The position numbers and the translations under genes were made by a program. Below are positions 41,122 to 51,713 of a stretch of 64,000 bases of DNA, piece by piece (position 1 is the stretch's first letter; each line of letters opens with the position of its first letter). Under the pieces are notes generated by a model. The model searched no databases and was not told the origin of the DNA. It was given only the letters and a program-made list of their open reading frames with translations. The DNA comes from an uncultured Poribacteria bacterium (GTDB lineage Bacteria; Poribacteria; WGA-4E; WGA-3G). Location of the stretch: the NCBI GenBank assembly GCA_951813565.1, contig OX638351.1, positions 4,576,001-4,640,000 on the forward strand, written 5' to 3'.

Positions 41122-41883
41122 ATGCCTTACTGTACCGTGTGTAAACAATTTGCTGACTATGAATACGATATCGATTTATCTAACAGCAACCATCTCCATC
41201 CTTCTTGCCTGATAAAGCTGCAAATGCGGGAAGAAGAAATTGAAGGAATTTTGCGTCAAAAGAGATCACAACTCATTTTGTCACTCTTTGTGCGTGACGA
41301 AGTTCCAGATAGAGAGGTCGCATCGGAGGAAGAGGTAAGAAGTTTATCCGCTGAACTAACAAAACTAAAAGACACTTTAACCTTAATTTATGACTTTTTG
41401 CCGAGTTGGCCACCGGATTGGAATGAACGCAAACGTTACCTCATCCAGCAGAACGGTTCAATCTGTTCAAGCTGCGGAGAAGAAGGAGACGTTTATCTAG
41501 TCCATGAGATTGATTTATGTGAAGGCGGAACAAACGAGTTGGATAATCTCGAATTGATTTGCAAGCCGTGTCATGAAAGCATGTATGAAAAAGGCGACAT
41601 TTTTGGGGACTTTACCCTGAATCCGTCCCAATCAGAGTTCGCGCCACAAGTTAAGGAGATCCAATCTGCTATTAACAACAATCAGAGAATTCAATTTGAC
41701 TATAAGAAGCCAAACGCTAAGACATGGATGACACGCGTGGTTGTCCCAGATCGACTATTTAATATACCGAACAGTCGCGAGTCTGGACAAACATTGTGTG
41801 TAGAAGGGTTTTGCGAATTGCGCCAAGATACTCGTGTTTTCGCACTTGAGCGGATGCAAGATTTAGAAGTAATTGACTATTAA
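41122..41883 (+). CDS. Zn-binding HNH-like + WYL domain protein
   Basis: CxxC..HxxC; CSSC..GGTN..NL..ICKPCH; C-terminal FDY.K...R.V.P...GFCELRQDTRVFALERM. Confidence 0.75.
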   Translation: MPYCTVCKQFADYEYDIDLSNSNHLHPSCLIKLQMREEEIEGILRQKRSQLILSLFVRDEVPDREVASEEEVRSLSAELTKLKDTLTLIYDFLPSWPPDWNERKRYLIQQNGSICSSCGEEGDVYLVHEIDLCEGGTNELDNLELICKPCHESMYEKGDIFGDFTLNPSQSEFAPQVKEIQSAINNNQRIQFDYKKPNAKTWMTRVVVPDRLFNIPNSRESGQTLCVEGFCELRQDTRVFALERMQDLEVIDY

Positions 41884-42237
41884 CCGGGAACTCCTTCTTT
41901 TAAAGTTGTTTATGGCTTCCAGTTAGACTTGAGCAAAGCACAACCTACCCTGCAGAAGATACCCTTCCTTATTAATGGCAACGTATTTCTCCATACTTCA
42001 GACATTGACAACCCCAGTCAACCTGTGCAAATATCGCCACAAAATTAATCCGTCTCTCCGTAAGCATAAAAAATTTTACTTCAACTTTTCCCTTCAAAAT
42101 TCGTTAAATAGAAAAGTCTTTAATAAAAAACTATAATTACTTTGACATCATTGAGCGTACGCTCCTGAAGTGCGTCTGCAGATGGATGTCTATATATTTT
42201 GTGATTTAGTATAAATTAATTCTGTGGGGTTTGATTT

Positions 42238-44754
42238 ATGCACGATCCGATGTCAGGTTCAAGGCGCGGGAGATCCCACCGGATGGGGTCTTATAATGGT
42301 AAACTCCGTTTCCGAAAGAAAGGGAATAACGAGTTAACGACGAAGGAAGAAGTACCTGAAATCCTACAAAAACAGGCACAAGGACTATTTGAAAAAGGGG
42401 AGGAAATTAAAGTTGCCGTTTCAACCGACTTACGGTTTGATGGAACTTATGGAAAAGATTGGCTATTAGCTACAGATAAGCGACTGATTGCTTTTAATCA
42501 GCGCGGTGTCCTTGGACACGATATTCGAGAGGTGGCTCTCACCTCCGTTGAAGACATTGAAATCCTTGAGATGTACGGCAATAACATACTCAAGGTTACG
42601 ACATCAGAAAATGCCTTTGAATTGGCACGTTATTCAAAAAGGTTAACCCCAAAATTCAACCTTGCTGTATCGGAATTGGAAAAATTTTCTCTACAAAAGG
42701 AAGGCGATTCAGAAGATGGCGCGCGTGGCAGCGGTGGTCGCGGCCCAGGAGGCAGACGGCGTGGCAGGCGCGGCCCTGGTGGTCCCTCCGGAATGCAGCC
42801 AGGCGGCGATAAAAGCCGATGTGAGAAATGCGGAGAACCAATTCCCAGTTGGTCTGGTGTTTGTGTAAACTGTGTTCAAAACAGCAAACTTATTTTCCGC
42901 CTGTTCAAATATGCTGTCCCATTTTTACATGTCATGATTCCGGCTTTCCTATTGATGCTGATAATTCGGTTTGTCGCTGTGCTTCCACCTATTCTAAGTA
43001 AAGAGTTAGTTGACAATATCCTTGAACCCGCGGGAACTGTTGTCTCTGCCGCTGTTGCTAATGAAGATCCGATTCCCGCTCAACTTCCAGAAACAAGTTG
43101 GGGACACCTGGAAGGCATAAAAAATACGCTAAGCGGATGGTTAGGTAGTATGCCACTCGGTGGTAGTTTTGGACATCTAATTTGGCTTATTTCATTCATG
43201 GCAGGTATTAGAGTCTTTACGATGGTAATTTCCTCTGTTCGTGGGTATATGATGGCATGGGTAGGTCAGAATATCACTCGACGACTCCAAAACGAGACAT
43301 ACGAACATCTGAACGCGCTCTCCATTGACTTTTTCCATGAACGCGACACTGGTAATCTGATGTCCAGAATCACACACGATGTATCAAGACTTCGGGATTT
43401 CATTGCAAATGGAGTACAGGATATTGTTGGTGATTCTCTAACTCTGATCAATATGTGTATTATCATGTTCATTTTCAGTTGGAAACTTGCGTTATGGACG
43501 TTAATTCCAATTCCTTGTCTTATCTTTTTCACTATCTTCTTTGGCAAAAAGATGGGAAAAGTATATTCTGCATTATGGAAACGCTATGCAAACATTAGCA
43601 CAATTCTATCCAGCACAATTCCTGGGGTGCGCGTTGTTAAAGCGTTTGCACGTGAACGGTATGAGATTAGTCGATTCAGCGACCTAACCCATCAGGTATT
43701 TTCCGGTGAAATGAACGCAGCCAAACTTGGAACGCTTTACCGTCCAATGATGCAATTTTTTACCTATTCTGGGTCTATCATAATCTGGTTAGTTGGAGGA
43801 TGGCAGCTATTCCAAGGCGATTTAACACTGGGTACGCTGGTCATGTTTCAATCATACATGATGCAATTCTTTGGACCTGTGTATACCCTCTGCCAAATGA
43901 ATGAAAGGTTTATCCGCGCAGGCACCTCCGCAGAACGTGTATTTGAAATTTTGGATACGCCACCAAGTGTTGCAGATAAAAGGGATGCTGTTGCACTCGC
44001 GAATATTAGCGGGGCAATCGAATTTAAGGATGTCTATTTCTCTTACGACAGTGAAAAGGATGCACTAAATGGTGTAAGTTTTCAGGTGCAGCCCGGTGAA
44101 ATGATAGGATTAGTTGGACACAGTGGCGCGGGGAAAAGCACGCTCATCAATTTGATTACCCGTTTTTACGATCCAAATGAAGGCACAATAGAAATTGACG
44201 GTCACAACAGCAAAGATATTCGGCTCAAGGCACTACGACAGCAGGTTGGGGTTGTATTACAAGACCCATTCCTGTTTGCAGGCACAATCGCTGAGAATAT
44301 AGGGTACTCAAAACCTGGCGCATCTCGGCATGAGATTATCGCATCTGCTAAGGCTGCAAATGCGCATGATTTTATTATCAAATTCCCTGACGGTTACGAC
44401 ACAATGGTCGGTGAACGAGGTGCACGCGTCTCAGGTGGTGAACGTCAAAGGATCTCTATCGCACGCGCAATCTTGAAAAATCCGCGCATCCTGATTTTAG
44501 ACGAAGCCACTTCATCTGTTGACACTGAGACGGAATCTAAAATCCAAGAAGCGTTGGAACGGCTCGTACAAGGTAGGACAGTCTTTGCAATCGCGCATAG
44601 GTTATCAACCCTAAAATATGCCGATCGACTCATCGTTTTGAAAGAAGGTGAAGTTGACGAAATGGGGACACATGAGGAACTGATCGCTAAAGACGGCACT
44701 TACGCCAGTCTGTGTCAAAAACAGACTGAATTGTCTAAAATACGCGCTTGGTAG
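42238..44754 (+). CDS. ABC exporter (TMD+NBD) with N-terminal PH-like domain, Gly/Arg linker and Zn ribbon
   Basis: GHSGAGKS, VSGGERQR, ILDEATS; CEKC..CVNC. Confidence 0.9.
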   Translation: MHDPMSGSRRGRSHRMGSYNGKLRFRKKGNNELTTKEEVPEILQKQAQGLFEKGEEIKVAVSTDLRFDGTYGKDWLLATDKRLIAFNQRGVLGHDIREVALTSVEDIEILEMYGNNILKVTTSENAFELARYSKRLTPKFNLAVSELEKFSLQKEGDSEDGARGSGGRGPGGRRRGRRGPGGPSGMQPGGDKSRCEKCGEPIPSWSGVCVNCVQNSKLIFRLFKYAVPFLHVMIPAFLLMLIIRFVAVLPPILSKELVDNILEPAGTVVSAAVANEDPIPAQLPETSWGHLEGIKNTLSGWLGSMPLGGSFGHLIWLISFMAGIRVFTMVISSVRGYMMAWVGQNITRRLQNETYEHLNALSIDFFHERDTGNLMSRITHDVSRLRDFIANGVQDIVGDSLTLINMCIIMFIFSWKLALWTLIPIPCLIFFTIFFGKKMGKVYSALWKRYANISTILSSTIPGVRVVKAFARERYEISRFSDLTHQVFSGEMNAAKLGTLYRPMMQFFTYSGSIIIWLVGGWQLFQGDLTLGTLVMFQSYMMQFFGPVYTLCQMNERFIRAGTSAERVFEILDTPPSVADKRDAVALANISGAIEFKDVYFSYDSEKDALNGVSFQVQPGEMIGLVGHSGAGKSTLINLITRFYDPNEGTIEIDGHNSKDIRLKALRQQVGVVLQDPFLFAGTIAENIGYSKPGASRHEIIASAKAANAHDFIIKFPDGYDTMVGERGARVSGGERQRISIARAILKNPRILILDEATSSVDTETESKIQEALERLVQGRTVFAIAHRLSTLKYADRLIVLKEGEVDEMGTHEELIAKDGTYASLCQKQTELSKIRAW

Positions 44755-44783
44755 CATCACAATAGATTAGAGGAGAGAGGCTA

Positions 44784-45293
44784 ATGAATGAAGCGATTAA
44801 GGTTGCTGATGAGTTAAAATTCCTTGACGCAAGCAAGGTTAGTATTGGTCGAAACGCATTTGCAGAACTTGTTGTCCAACTCCCGGATGGAACAACTCAC
44901 ACGAAGGTTGAACCTGTGCGTAGTTTTCCAGTAAGTGAAACCACGCGGTACATCGCCCTTTTAGACAACGAGGGAAACGAACTCGGTATCGTTGAGGATG
45001 TCAAAAAACTCACGCCTAATTCACGCGATGTCCTCACGGAAGAGTTGCAAAAACGATATTTTATGCCGAAAATTACCAAAATCAACTCGCTTGATGGACA
45101 ATTCGGCGTTACAACGTGGGATGTCGAAACTACTCAAGGCGATGTAGAGTTCGGTATCCGCACCCGATACGATATTGTCACCCTTGAAAGCGGACGCGTC
45201 CTCATTAAAGATGCTGATGGCAACCGATATGAAATTGAGAACTATAACAAATTAGACCCGAAGAGCATTGCTTTACTTCAAACGCAAATGTAG
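44784..45293 (+). CDS. DUF1854 family protein
   Basis: PVRSFP, EELQKRYFMPKI, WDVET..G, IKDADGNRY. Confidence 0.85.
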   Translation: MNEAIKVADELKFLDASKVSIGRNAFAELVVQLPDGTTHTKVEPVRSFPVSETTRYIALLDNEGNELGIVEDVKKLTPNSRDVLTEELQKRYFMPKITKINSLDGQFGVTTWDVETTQGDVEFGIRTRYDIVTLESGRVLIKDADGNRYEIENYNKLDPKSIALLQTQM

Positions 45294-45312
45294 AATGTAT
45301 CTCATAAACATT

Positions 45313-45382
45313 GTAGGGCGAGGTCTCTGTGCCTCGCCATATCTTGGCAAGAAAATAGCGGGCGGGCACAGCCCCGCCCTAC
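45313..45382. repeat. Inverted pair of GTAG REPs
   Basis: GTAGGGCGAGGTCTCTGTGCCTCGCC ... GGCGGGCACAGCCCCGCCCTAC; related copies at 8424, 35935, 47389, 47589. Confidence 0.75.
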
Positions 45383-45468
45383 AATTAAGATTTTATTTTC
45401 TGAGAGAAATCATGAAATGATTTATGGGATAGACTGTAGATAATTCTGAGTTAGTAAGGAGAACGTCT

Positions 45469-46593
45469 TTGGAAAATGCAAAAATAGAACGAATTGAATG
45501 GGCACGTTTGACAGGTGAACGTCCGCGCAAAGCCGGATGCAACTCGCGGCTCGGTGAACACGGATTACATGTGCGACCTCCCATTGCACGCATCACAACC
45601 TCTGACGGTGCAAGCGGTATTGGGTTTTCGTCAATTTCACGTGAGAAAGCGGAAGCCATCGTCGGATTTCAACTGAACGAGGCGTTTGATACAGAAAACG
45701 GCGTGACCGAAGAATTTAGGTTCATGGAATATCCACTTTGGGACCTCGTTGGACAGTTGGAACAAAAACCTGTCTACGCGATGTTATCCGGTGAATATGG
45801 CGACTTTCAAGCGCCGTGCTACGATACCTCTCTCTACATTGATGACTTACATCTTGAGGACAATGCGGAAGCTGCAGCGCTTATCGCTTCTGAAGCACTT
45901 GAGGGTAAAGCACGCGGACACAACGCTTTCAAGATAAAGGTTGGACGTGGCGCAATGCACATGCCGCTTGAAAAAGGCACACAACGCGATATTGACGTGA
46001 TCCATGCTGTGCGTAATGCAGTGGGACCCGATGCCGCAATTCTAATTGATGCAAACAACGGCTACAATCTTAACCTTACCAAGCAGGTATTAGGCGGAAC
46101 AGCAGACGCAAACGTGTATTGGATGGAGGAAGCATTCCACGAGGATGCACGGGTTTATAGTCTACTGAAGGAATGGCTAAACGCTGAAGGAATAGAGACT
46201 AAAATCGCTGATGGTGAAGGTGGCGCATCTCCTCACTTAGTTAATTGGGCGAAAGACGGACTGATTGACATCGTGCAATATGACATTTTCCATCCCGGTT
46301 TCTCAAGATGGTTGGAATTAGGGCCTGAATTGGATGCAGTCAACGTCGGCACAGCACCACACCACTACGGTGGATACTACGGTAATTTTGTAACAGGTCA
46401 TCTCGCTGCAAAAGTAGAAAAATTTGAGTTTGTTGAATGGGATCATGCAACAACACCAGGAATAGATGACTCCAGCTATTCTATTTCAAATGGATATGTA
46501 AATGTCCCCGATCTCCCCGGTTTTGGGTTGAGAATAGATGAAGATCCGTACCAAAAAGCAGTTGAAGAGAACGGATTTACTGTCAACGCTTAG
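45469..46593 (+). CDS. Mandelate racemase/enolase superfamily protein
   Basis: FKIKVG, IDANN, WMEE, ADGE; AAGGAG RBS before TTG. Confidence 0.85.
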   Translation: MENAKIERIEWARLTGERPRKAGCNSRLGEHGLHVRPPIARITTSDGASGIGFSSISREKAEAIVGFQLNEAFDTENGVTEEFRFMEYPLWDLVGQLEQKPVYAMLSGEYGDFQAPCYDTSLYIDDLHLEDNAEAAALIASEALEGKARGHNAFKIKVGRGAMHMPLEKGTQRDIDVIHAVRNAVGPDAAILIDANNGYNLNLTKQVLGGTADANVYWMEEAFHEDARVYSLLKEWLNAEGIETKIADGEGGASPHLVNWAKDGLIDIVQYDIFHPGFSRWLELGPELDAVNVGTAPHHYGGYYGNFVTGHLAAKVEKFEFVEWDHATTPGIDDSSYSISNGYVNVPDLPGFGLRIDEDPYQKAVEENGFTVNA

Positions 46594-46614
46594 TTATGAA
46601 AGGAACACAAAACT

Positions 46615-47352
46615 ATGCCTTTATTAACAGACGTAGATAAAGAATTTTTCAAAGAAAACGGGTATTTGGTTGCGCGCGGCGCGCTAACTCAGGAAGAAAT
46701 TGATGCCGCATTGGATAGGGTGTGGGAGTCACTTGAAGAAGATCGAAACGACCCCGAATCTTGGATTCGTAAAGGATATCGAACTGCCCCCATCGGTGGC
46801 GAAGATGTTATCAAGGGAACAATCTATGGTAACGAAGTTTTCGCTATGGCTGAGGAAATGGTAGGTGAGGGAAAACTACATCCCGATGGCGGTGCAGGTC
46901 CACACATCAATTTCCCTGACCCAGACAGAGAATGGCGCGAACCTTTAGGACATCTTGACGGTTACCATACCCCTTCAAACGGTGTCCCTAAAGGCGTTGT
47001 AGGTTCTTTTACACTCGGTGCAACCGTTTACCTTGACACAGTTGAAAAACAGGGTGGTGGATTTACCATTTGGCCTGGAAGCCATCGTATCTGGGCGGAA
47101 TACTTCAGACATCACGACTTGGATAGCCTTCCCGGTGGTGTTGCCCCATTTGATCTCGGACCAAGTTATGAATTTACAGGGAAGGCGGGCGATGTCTGTT
47201 TCTGGCATCACCAGATGAGCCATACCGCCGGTCCGAATTGCGGACGGAACGTCAGAATCGCGCTCATCGGTAGGTACCGCAGGAAAGACCTTGATGAAAT
47301 TAAGTTTGATACCCCTGAAGATATGTGGAGATATTGGGATGGGCTTTCATAG
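46615..47352 (+). CDS. PhyH-family dioxygenase
   Basis: HLDG, GGGFTIWPGSH, AGDV..WH...H. Confidence 0.85.
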   Translation: MPLLTDVDKEFFKENGYLVARGALTQEEIDAALDRVWESLEEDRNDPESWIRKGYRTAPIGGEDVIKGTIYGNEVFAMAEEMVGEGKLHPDGGAGPHINFPDPDREWREPLGHLDGYHTPSNGVPKGVVGSFTLGATVYLDTVEKQGGGFTIWPGSHRIWAEYFRHHDLDSLPGGVAPFDLGPSYEFTGKAGDVCFWHHQMSHTAGPNCGRNVRIALIGRYRRKDLDEIKFDTPEDMWRYWDGLS

Positions 47353-47934
47353 AAACACATAGACATTCGGTATTGACTTCTTAATATTGTAAGGCGAGGT
47401 CTCTGTGTCTTGCCATTTTCATTTAAGCAAAACGCTTTTTTGTGGCACAATTGATATGATTTCTACTACTAAGCACATCTCTTACATTATTATGCACACT
47501 CTCAGTTAAATGTAAGGTGTCTATGACTTTGATTTAGGTTACATTACGGGTGTGTAAAGTTTTTGTAGAAATCCGCACAACTCCTATTGTAGGGGCGGGT
47601 CTCCGGGGAATGCCAAAAGGCATTCGGACCCGGTGAATGACTAAAGACGAATGCGCGTATGGCATTCGCCATGGTTCATACCGTTGATTTCTTGATTTGG
47701 TGCCTGCCCGTTGCATGGCACGTCCTGCGCAGTGGCGGGGCACAGGGACCCCGCCCTACAGTGGGAAACGCCGCGTAATCATTGTAAATTGAACCTATGT
47801 AACCAAATATTTACACACCCTTACATTACCAAACTCCTTGACAATTAGTGCTGCATCTGCTAATGTACGCACAACACAAAACCCGATTAAAATCTATCGC
47901 TATACCGTTTTTGGATTTCAAGAAGAGGCACATC

Positions 47935-48750
47935 ATGAAACTTACAGAACACCAAGTAAACTTCTTTAACACATTCGGTTATCTATCAATACCCGGCATG
48001 TTTTCACCGAGCGAAGTTGAGTGGATTACAGAAGAATTTGAAATTTCAATCCAAGAATTTGGTGGTGGTAAGGAGCATGATGGCACATACCGCACAATGT
48101 TTGGAGGCCCCATTGAACATCGTCCTCAACTCTGTGCATTGCTTGATGATGTGCGCCTAAAGGGACTTATCGGTGGTGTTCTTGGAGAGGATTTCAACTA
48201 TGCTGGTGGAGACGGAAACTATTATACAGGTGATACTGGTTGGCATCCCGATGGAAATTGGGGAAGGCTTTTCGCATGTAAAGTTGCGTTCTATCTCGAC
48301 CCACTGACGCGTGAGACCGGATGCTTGCGAATAATTCCCGGTAGCCAAAACCCCGCACATTTTGTACGCGCACAAAAGATTGACCCAAATCAATCAGAAG
48401 CGTTGTTCGGTATTCTACCGCGCGACTTCCCAACAAGCATCGCGTTAGAAAGCAATCCTGGTGACGTAGTGATTTTTAATCACGACACCTACCACGCATC
48501 ATTTGGTGGCGGAACCCAGCGGCGAATGTTTACAATGAATTGCACACAACATTGCATAACAGAACCTGATTTAGAAACACTGCATCAGTATCTGAGCGTT
48601 CATTCAGCTGGTGGCTACAATATTGATACTGGCGCAGGTATGTTCTTTCCAACTATGGTCGACACTGCCGACGAGACACGAAAGATTCATCTACGACAGT
48701 GTAGTGACATTCATGATGAACTGTTTCCGCAATATGCCAGACGATCCTAA
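47935..48750 (+). CDS. PhyH-family dioxygenase
   Basis: FFNTFGYL, WHPD, GCLRIIPGS, PGDVVIFN...YHAS. Confidence 0.85.
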   Translation: MKLTEHQVNFFNTFGYLSIPGMFSPSEVEWITEEFEISIQEFGGGKEHDGTYRTMFGGPIEHRPQLCALLDDVRLKGLIGGVLGEDFNYAGGDGNYYTGDTGWHPDGNWGRLFACKVAFYLDPLTRETGCLRIIPGSQNPAHFVRAQKIDPNQSEALFGILPRDFPTSIALESNPGDVVIFNHDTYHASFGGGTQRRMFTMNCTQHCITEPDLETLHQYLSVHSAGGYNIDTGAGMFFPTMVDTADETRKIHLRQCSDIHDELFPQYARRS

Positions 48751-48885
48751 AGTCGGTTATTGTTGAACCTGACCAACCAAACCCAAATTGAAAAATTAAT
48801 ATTACTGTCAACACATTATAACACCTACCTATAGTTTCGCTTACGTTCTACCCAACGGACAATATAAACTTTCAGTAACACTTAT

Positions 48886-49797
48886 TATAGTAAATCCCGT
48901 AATTACTTATACACTTTTATAATATCATCAATAGAGGTCTCAGCGTTGTATTGACGTATCCGCTTGATGTTGGCGAAATCCTTCTCAATCGGGTTCAACT
49001 CCGGTGAATACGGCGGTAAAAACAACAAACTCGCACCGCAATCCCGGATCAATGCCGCCGTCTGTGAACCTTTGTGGAAAGACGCATTATCCATAATCAC
49101 AACATGGCTATCGTCAAGCAATGGACACAACATTTCCGAAAGCCAACTGTTGAAGGCGACCGCGTCGCAACTGCCCTCGAAAAGCACAGGTGCTGTGAAA
49201 CATCCATCAAGCCTTGCAGCAATCAGCGTCGTGGTGGTATACCGATGGCTTGGCACTTTATCTTCAACACGGACACCTTTCGGGGCATAAGCATACCGAC
49301 GGAAAGTGGTTTCAGTGAAACCACTTTCGTCAAGATAAACCGGTGTTTTGCCATGCGCCTGTGTCTCTTGTTGAAGTGCCGAAAGATACTCTTGGCGTTT
49401 TATCGGACACTGTTCTTTGTAGGTCGTGGTCTTTTTTTTCGCGTGATATTGAGTTTTGAGAAGGCATAAAAGATGCCATTTGTTGAAACACCGAAGTGTT
49501 TAGCACGTTCGGCGAGTGTGGAATCTGGGAAATCGGCAACATGTTGCTGAAGTGCGTCATAATCAATATCTCGGGGCCCTTTGGGTCCCGGTTTTTCACA
49601 GGCGAAGGGGTCTTCTGCTTCCAACCAGTTATAGATCGTTCTTCTTGAGACACGAAAAGTGCGTTCTGCGGCGGCTTTACTGCCACCATTATTGATGAAA
49701 TCAAGCACGCGTTTGCGTAAATCTGTTGAATATGCCATAATTATAAAGGCTAGCATAAATCCCAGAAAATGTAAACTTATTTTCAATATCTACTATA
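48886..49797 (-). mobile_element. IS630-family insertion sequence
   Basis: TA-TAGTA...TACTA-TA ends; split transposase inside. Confidence 0.9.
48903..49738 (-). CDS. IS630 transposase, -1 frameshift at A8G (49431-49439)
   Basis: MAYSTDLR HTH; YLDESGF, MDNASFH, PPYSPELNPIE (DDE). Confidence 0.9.
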
Positions 49798-49815
49798 ACT
49801 GACAATTCTTAAAAC

Positions 49816-49918
49816 TATAGTGAATTAAAAAAATACATTGACACTTTCGTCTGTTGATAGGTGAGGTTTCCTAACCTCGCCTATGCAAAGTGTCCAAGTA
49901 ATTCTAAAATCTGCTAAA
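49816..49918. mobile_element. MITE, IS630-like ends, REP cargo
   Basis: TATAGTGAAT...TTGACAC / GTGTCC...AATCTGCTA; internal GGTGAGGTTTCCTAACCTCGCC hairpin. Confidence 0.6.
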
Positions 49919-50220
49919 AATAACTCTGCAAGTAGAGCGTGCAAAGTATTATAAAAAGAAAATCAGATATTCTGTGTATCCGAAGGGTAGAGTTTATCTC
50001 TATCACGAACTTTTTTGGCTTCAACATGTCTAATTTGAAAGACGTTAAACCGAATTTGTTATTAACCGTTCTTTTCCTTGTAGGAGGGAATCAACGCTGA
50101 ATACGACAAGTGTGATACGCGCGCTTTACGTTGATTCAAGGTTGCTCCCACAGAATCTGCGTAATCCGTGAAGGGAATTAACTGACAATCCCAAGCATTT
50201 ATGCTTGGGTCCAAAAACGC

Positions 50221-50250
50221 TTGACATTTACATGTATTTATGGTTATAAT
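50221..50250 (+). promoter_or_regulatory. Consensus sigma70 promoter upstream of tnpB
   Basis: TTGACA-18bp-TATAAT. Confidence 0.6.
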
Positions 50251-50332
50251 TATAGGACTGACTCAGTGGTGGGTGCTTCTAACACCTGCCACACCATTAG
50301 AAGTGGGAGCCAGCATCTTATCAGGGTCAGAT

Positions 50333-51409
50333 ATGCCATATAGCACACATAAAATCACATTAGATCTAACATTTAAGCAGAAGCGTTGGTTTTCCCAGCA
50401 ATGTGGCTACGCAAGGTTTGCCTACAATCAAGCATTATCAGATTTCAAGATGGGCTTAAAAGCGGATAACCTCTAGTCATGGCGAACCCTCAACAATAAC
50501 TTCAATAAAACGAAGAAAGACTATGATTGGACAAGTTCACAAGATCAGCGAGCTGCGTTATATGCTATCAAAAATCTGGGTCAAGCGATTGCGCATTGGG
50601 TATCCAAACGTGCGAAGTTTCCGAAGTATAAGAAGCGTAGTTGTCGCCAATCCTATATAACGGATGAGCAATCGGTTCGTGTTGAAGGAAAGCGTATCCG
50701 ATTAGCCAAAATCGGTTAGGTCAAAATGTTTCAAGCATTGCGTTTTGAAGGCAAGATTATCAGCGTGACGATTTCAAGGACGGCGCATCGTTGGTTTGTA
50801 TCTATCACCGTAGAAACAGAGGACACCGAAGCAGTTGACATCTCAACGCACCCTGTAATCGGTATAGATGTCGGTATCAACATATTAGCCACCTTGAGTG
50901 ATGGCACGAAGTATGATAATCCGAGACCTCTGAAACGCTATGAGAGAAAACTTAAACGAGAACAACGCAAGTTGAGTAGAAAAGTGTTTAAGTCTAATAA
51001 CTGGTTCAAGCAAAAACACAAGGTCCAACGTATCCACTATCGTATTGCTTGTATCCGAAACGATGTGCACCACAAAGCAACGACTGATATTGTCGATCGC
51101 GTATCTGCTATCGGCATTGAGACACTCAAGGTGGCGAACATGCTAAAAAATAGAAAGTTAGCAAAAGCGTTATCGGATAGTGCATTCGGTGGGTCTCTTC
51201 ACAAACTCAAGACAAAAGCGGATGCACGTAGGATACCTGTCAAAGAAGCATCGCGATTCTTTGCAAGTAGCAAAACCTGTTCAAGTTGTGGACACAAGAA
51301 AAAAGAACTAACACTATCAGAAAGAACGTATCATTGCAGTGTCTGCCAATATCAAATAGATAGAGATGTCAACGCTGCAATAAACCTTAAATACCTCGCT
51401 GTCGGATAG
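50333..51409 (+). pseudogene. tnpB: TnpB RNA-guided nuclease with two in-frame TAG stops
   Basis: ARFAYN, GIDVG, IETL, SSKTCSSC, CSVC, DRDVNAAIN; TAG at 50474-50476 and 50717-50719. Confidence 0.9.
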
Positions 51410-51713
51410 ACAGAGAGAATAAACGCCTGTGGAGTCCAAATAAGACCTCATTAGTTCAGGATAGGGGCATGAGAGACGGAAGCAGGAATCACATAGGAGA
51501 GTTGTGTGTTTCAAAGAAGCACACGGCTTTAGCCGTAGTGAGTATCACCAAACAATTGATAAAATATTTATACACCCTATAGTGTTTTCCAGTTGTGCTA
51601 CTACACGCATTCATGGTATCCTATATATACACTGATGTTGATTTGAGCAAGTATTTCCGATAAAATTCAGCATAAATTAAAAATCACAATAAACACAAAT
51701 ATTTTATATTAAA

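Larger units (their letters stand above)
50185..51548 (+). mobile_element. IS200/IS605-family (IS1341-like, tnpB only) element
   Basis: Left hairpin CCCAAGCATTTATGCTTGGG, right hairpin CACGGCTTTAGCCGTAGTG then TATCAC; ends approximate. Confidence 0.75.

Noticed and set aside
50474..50719. Two in-frame TAGs in tnpB as pyrrolysine or amber recoding
   Set aside because: The second replaces the usual Trp of IGWVK, TAG is used as a normal stop by many genes here, and no pyl genes are seen.
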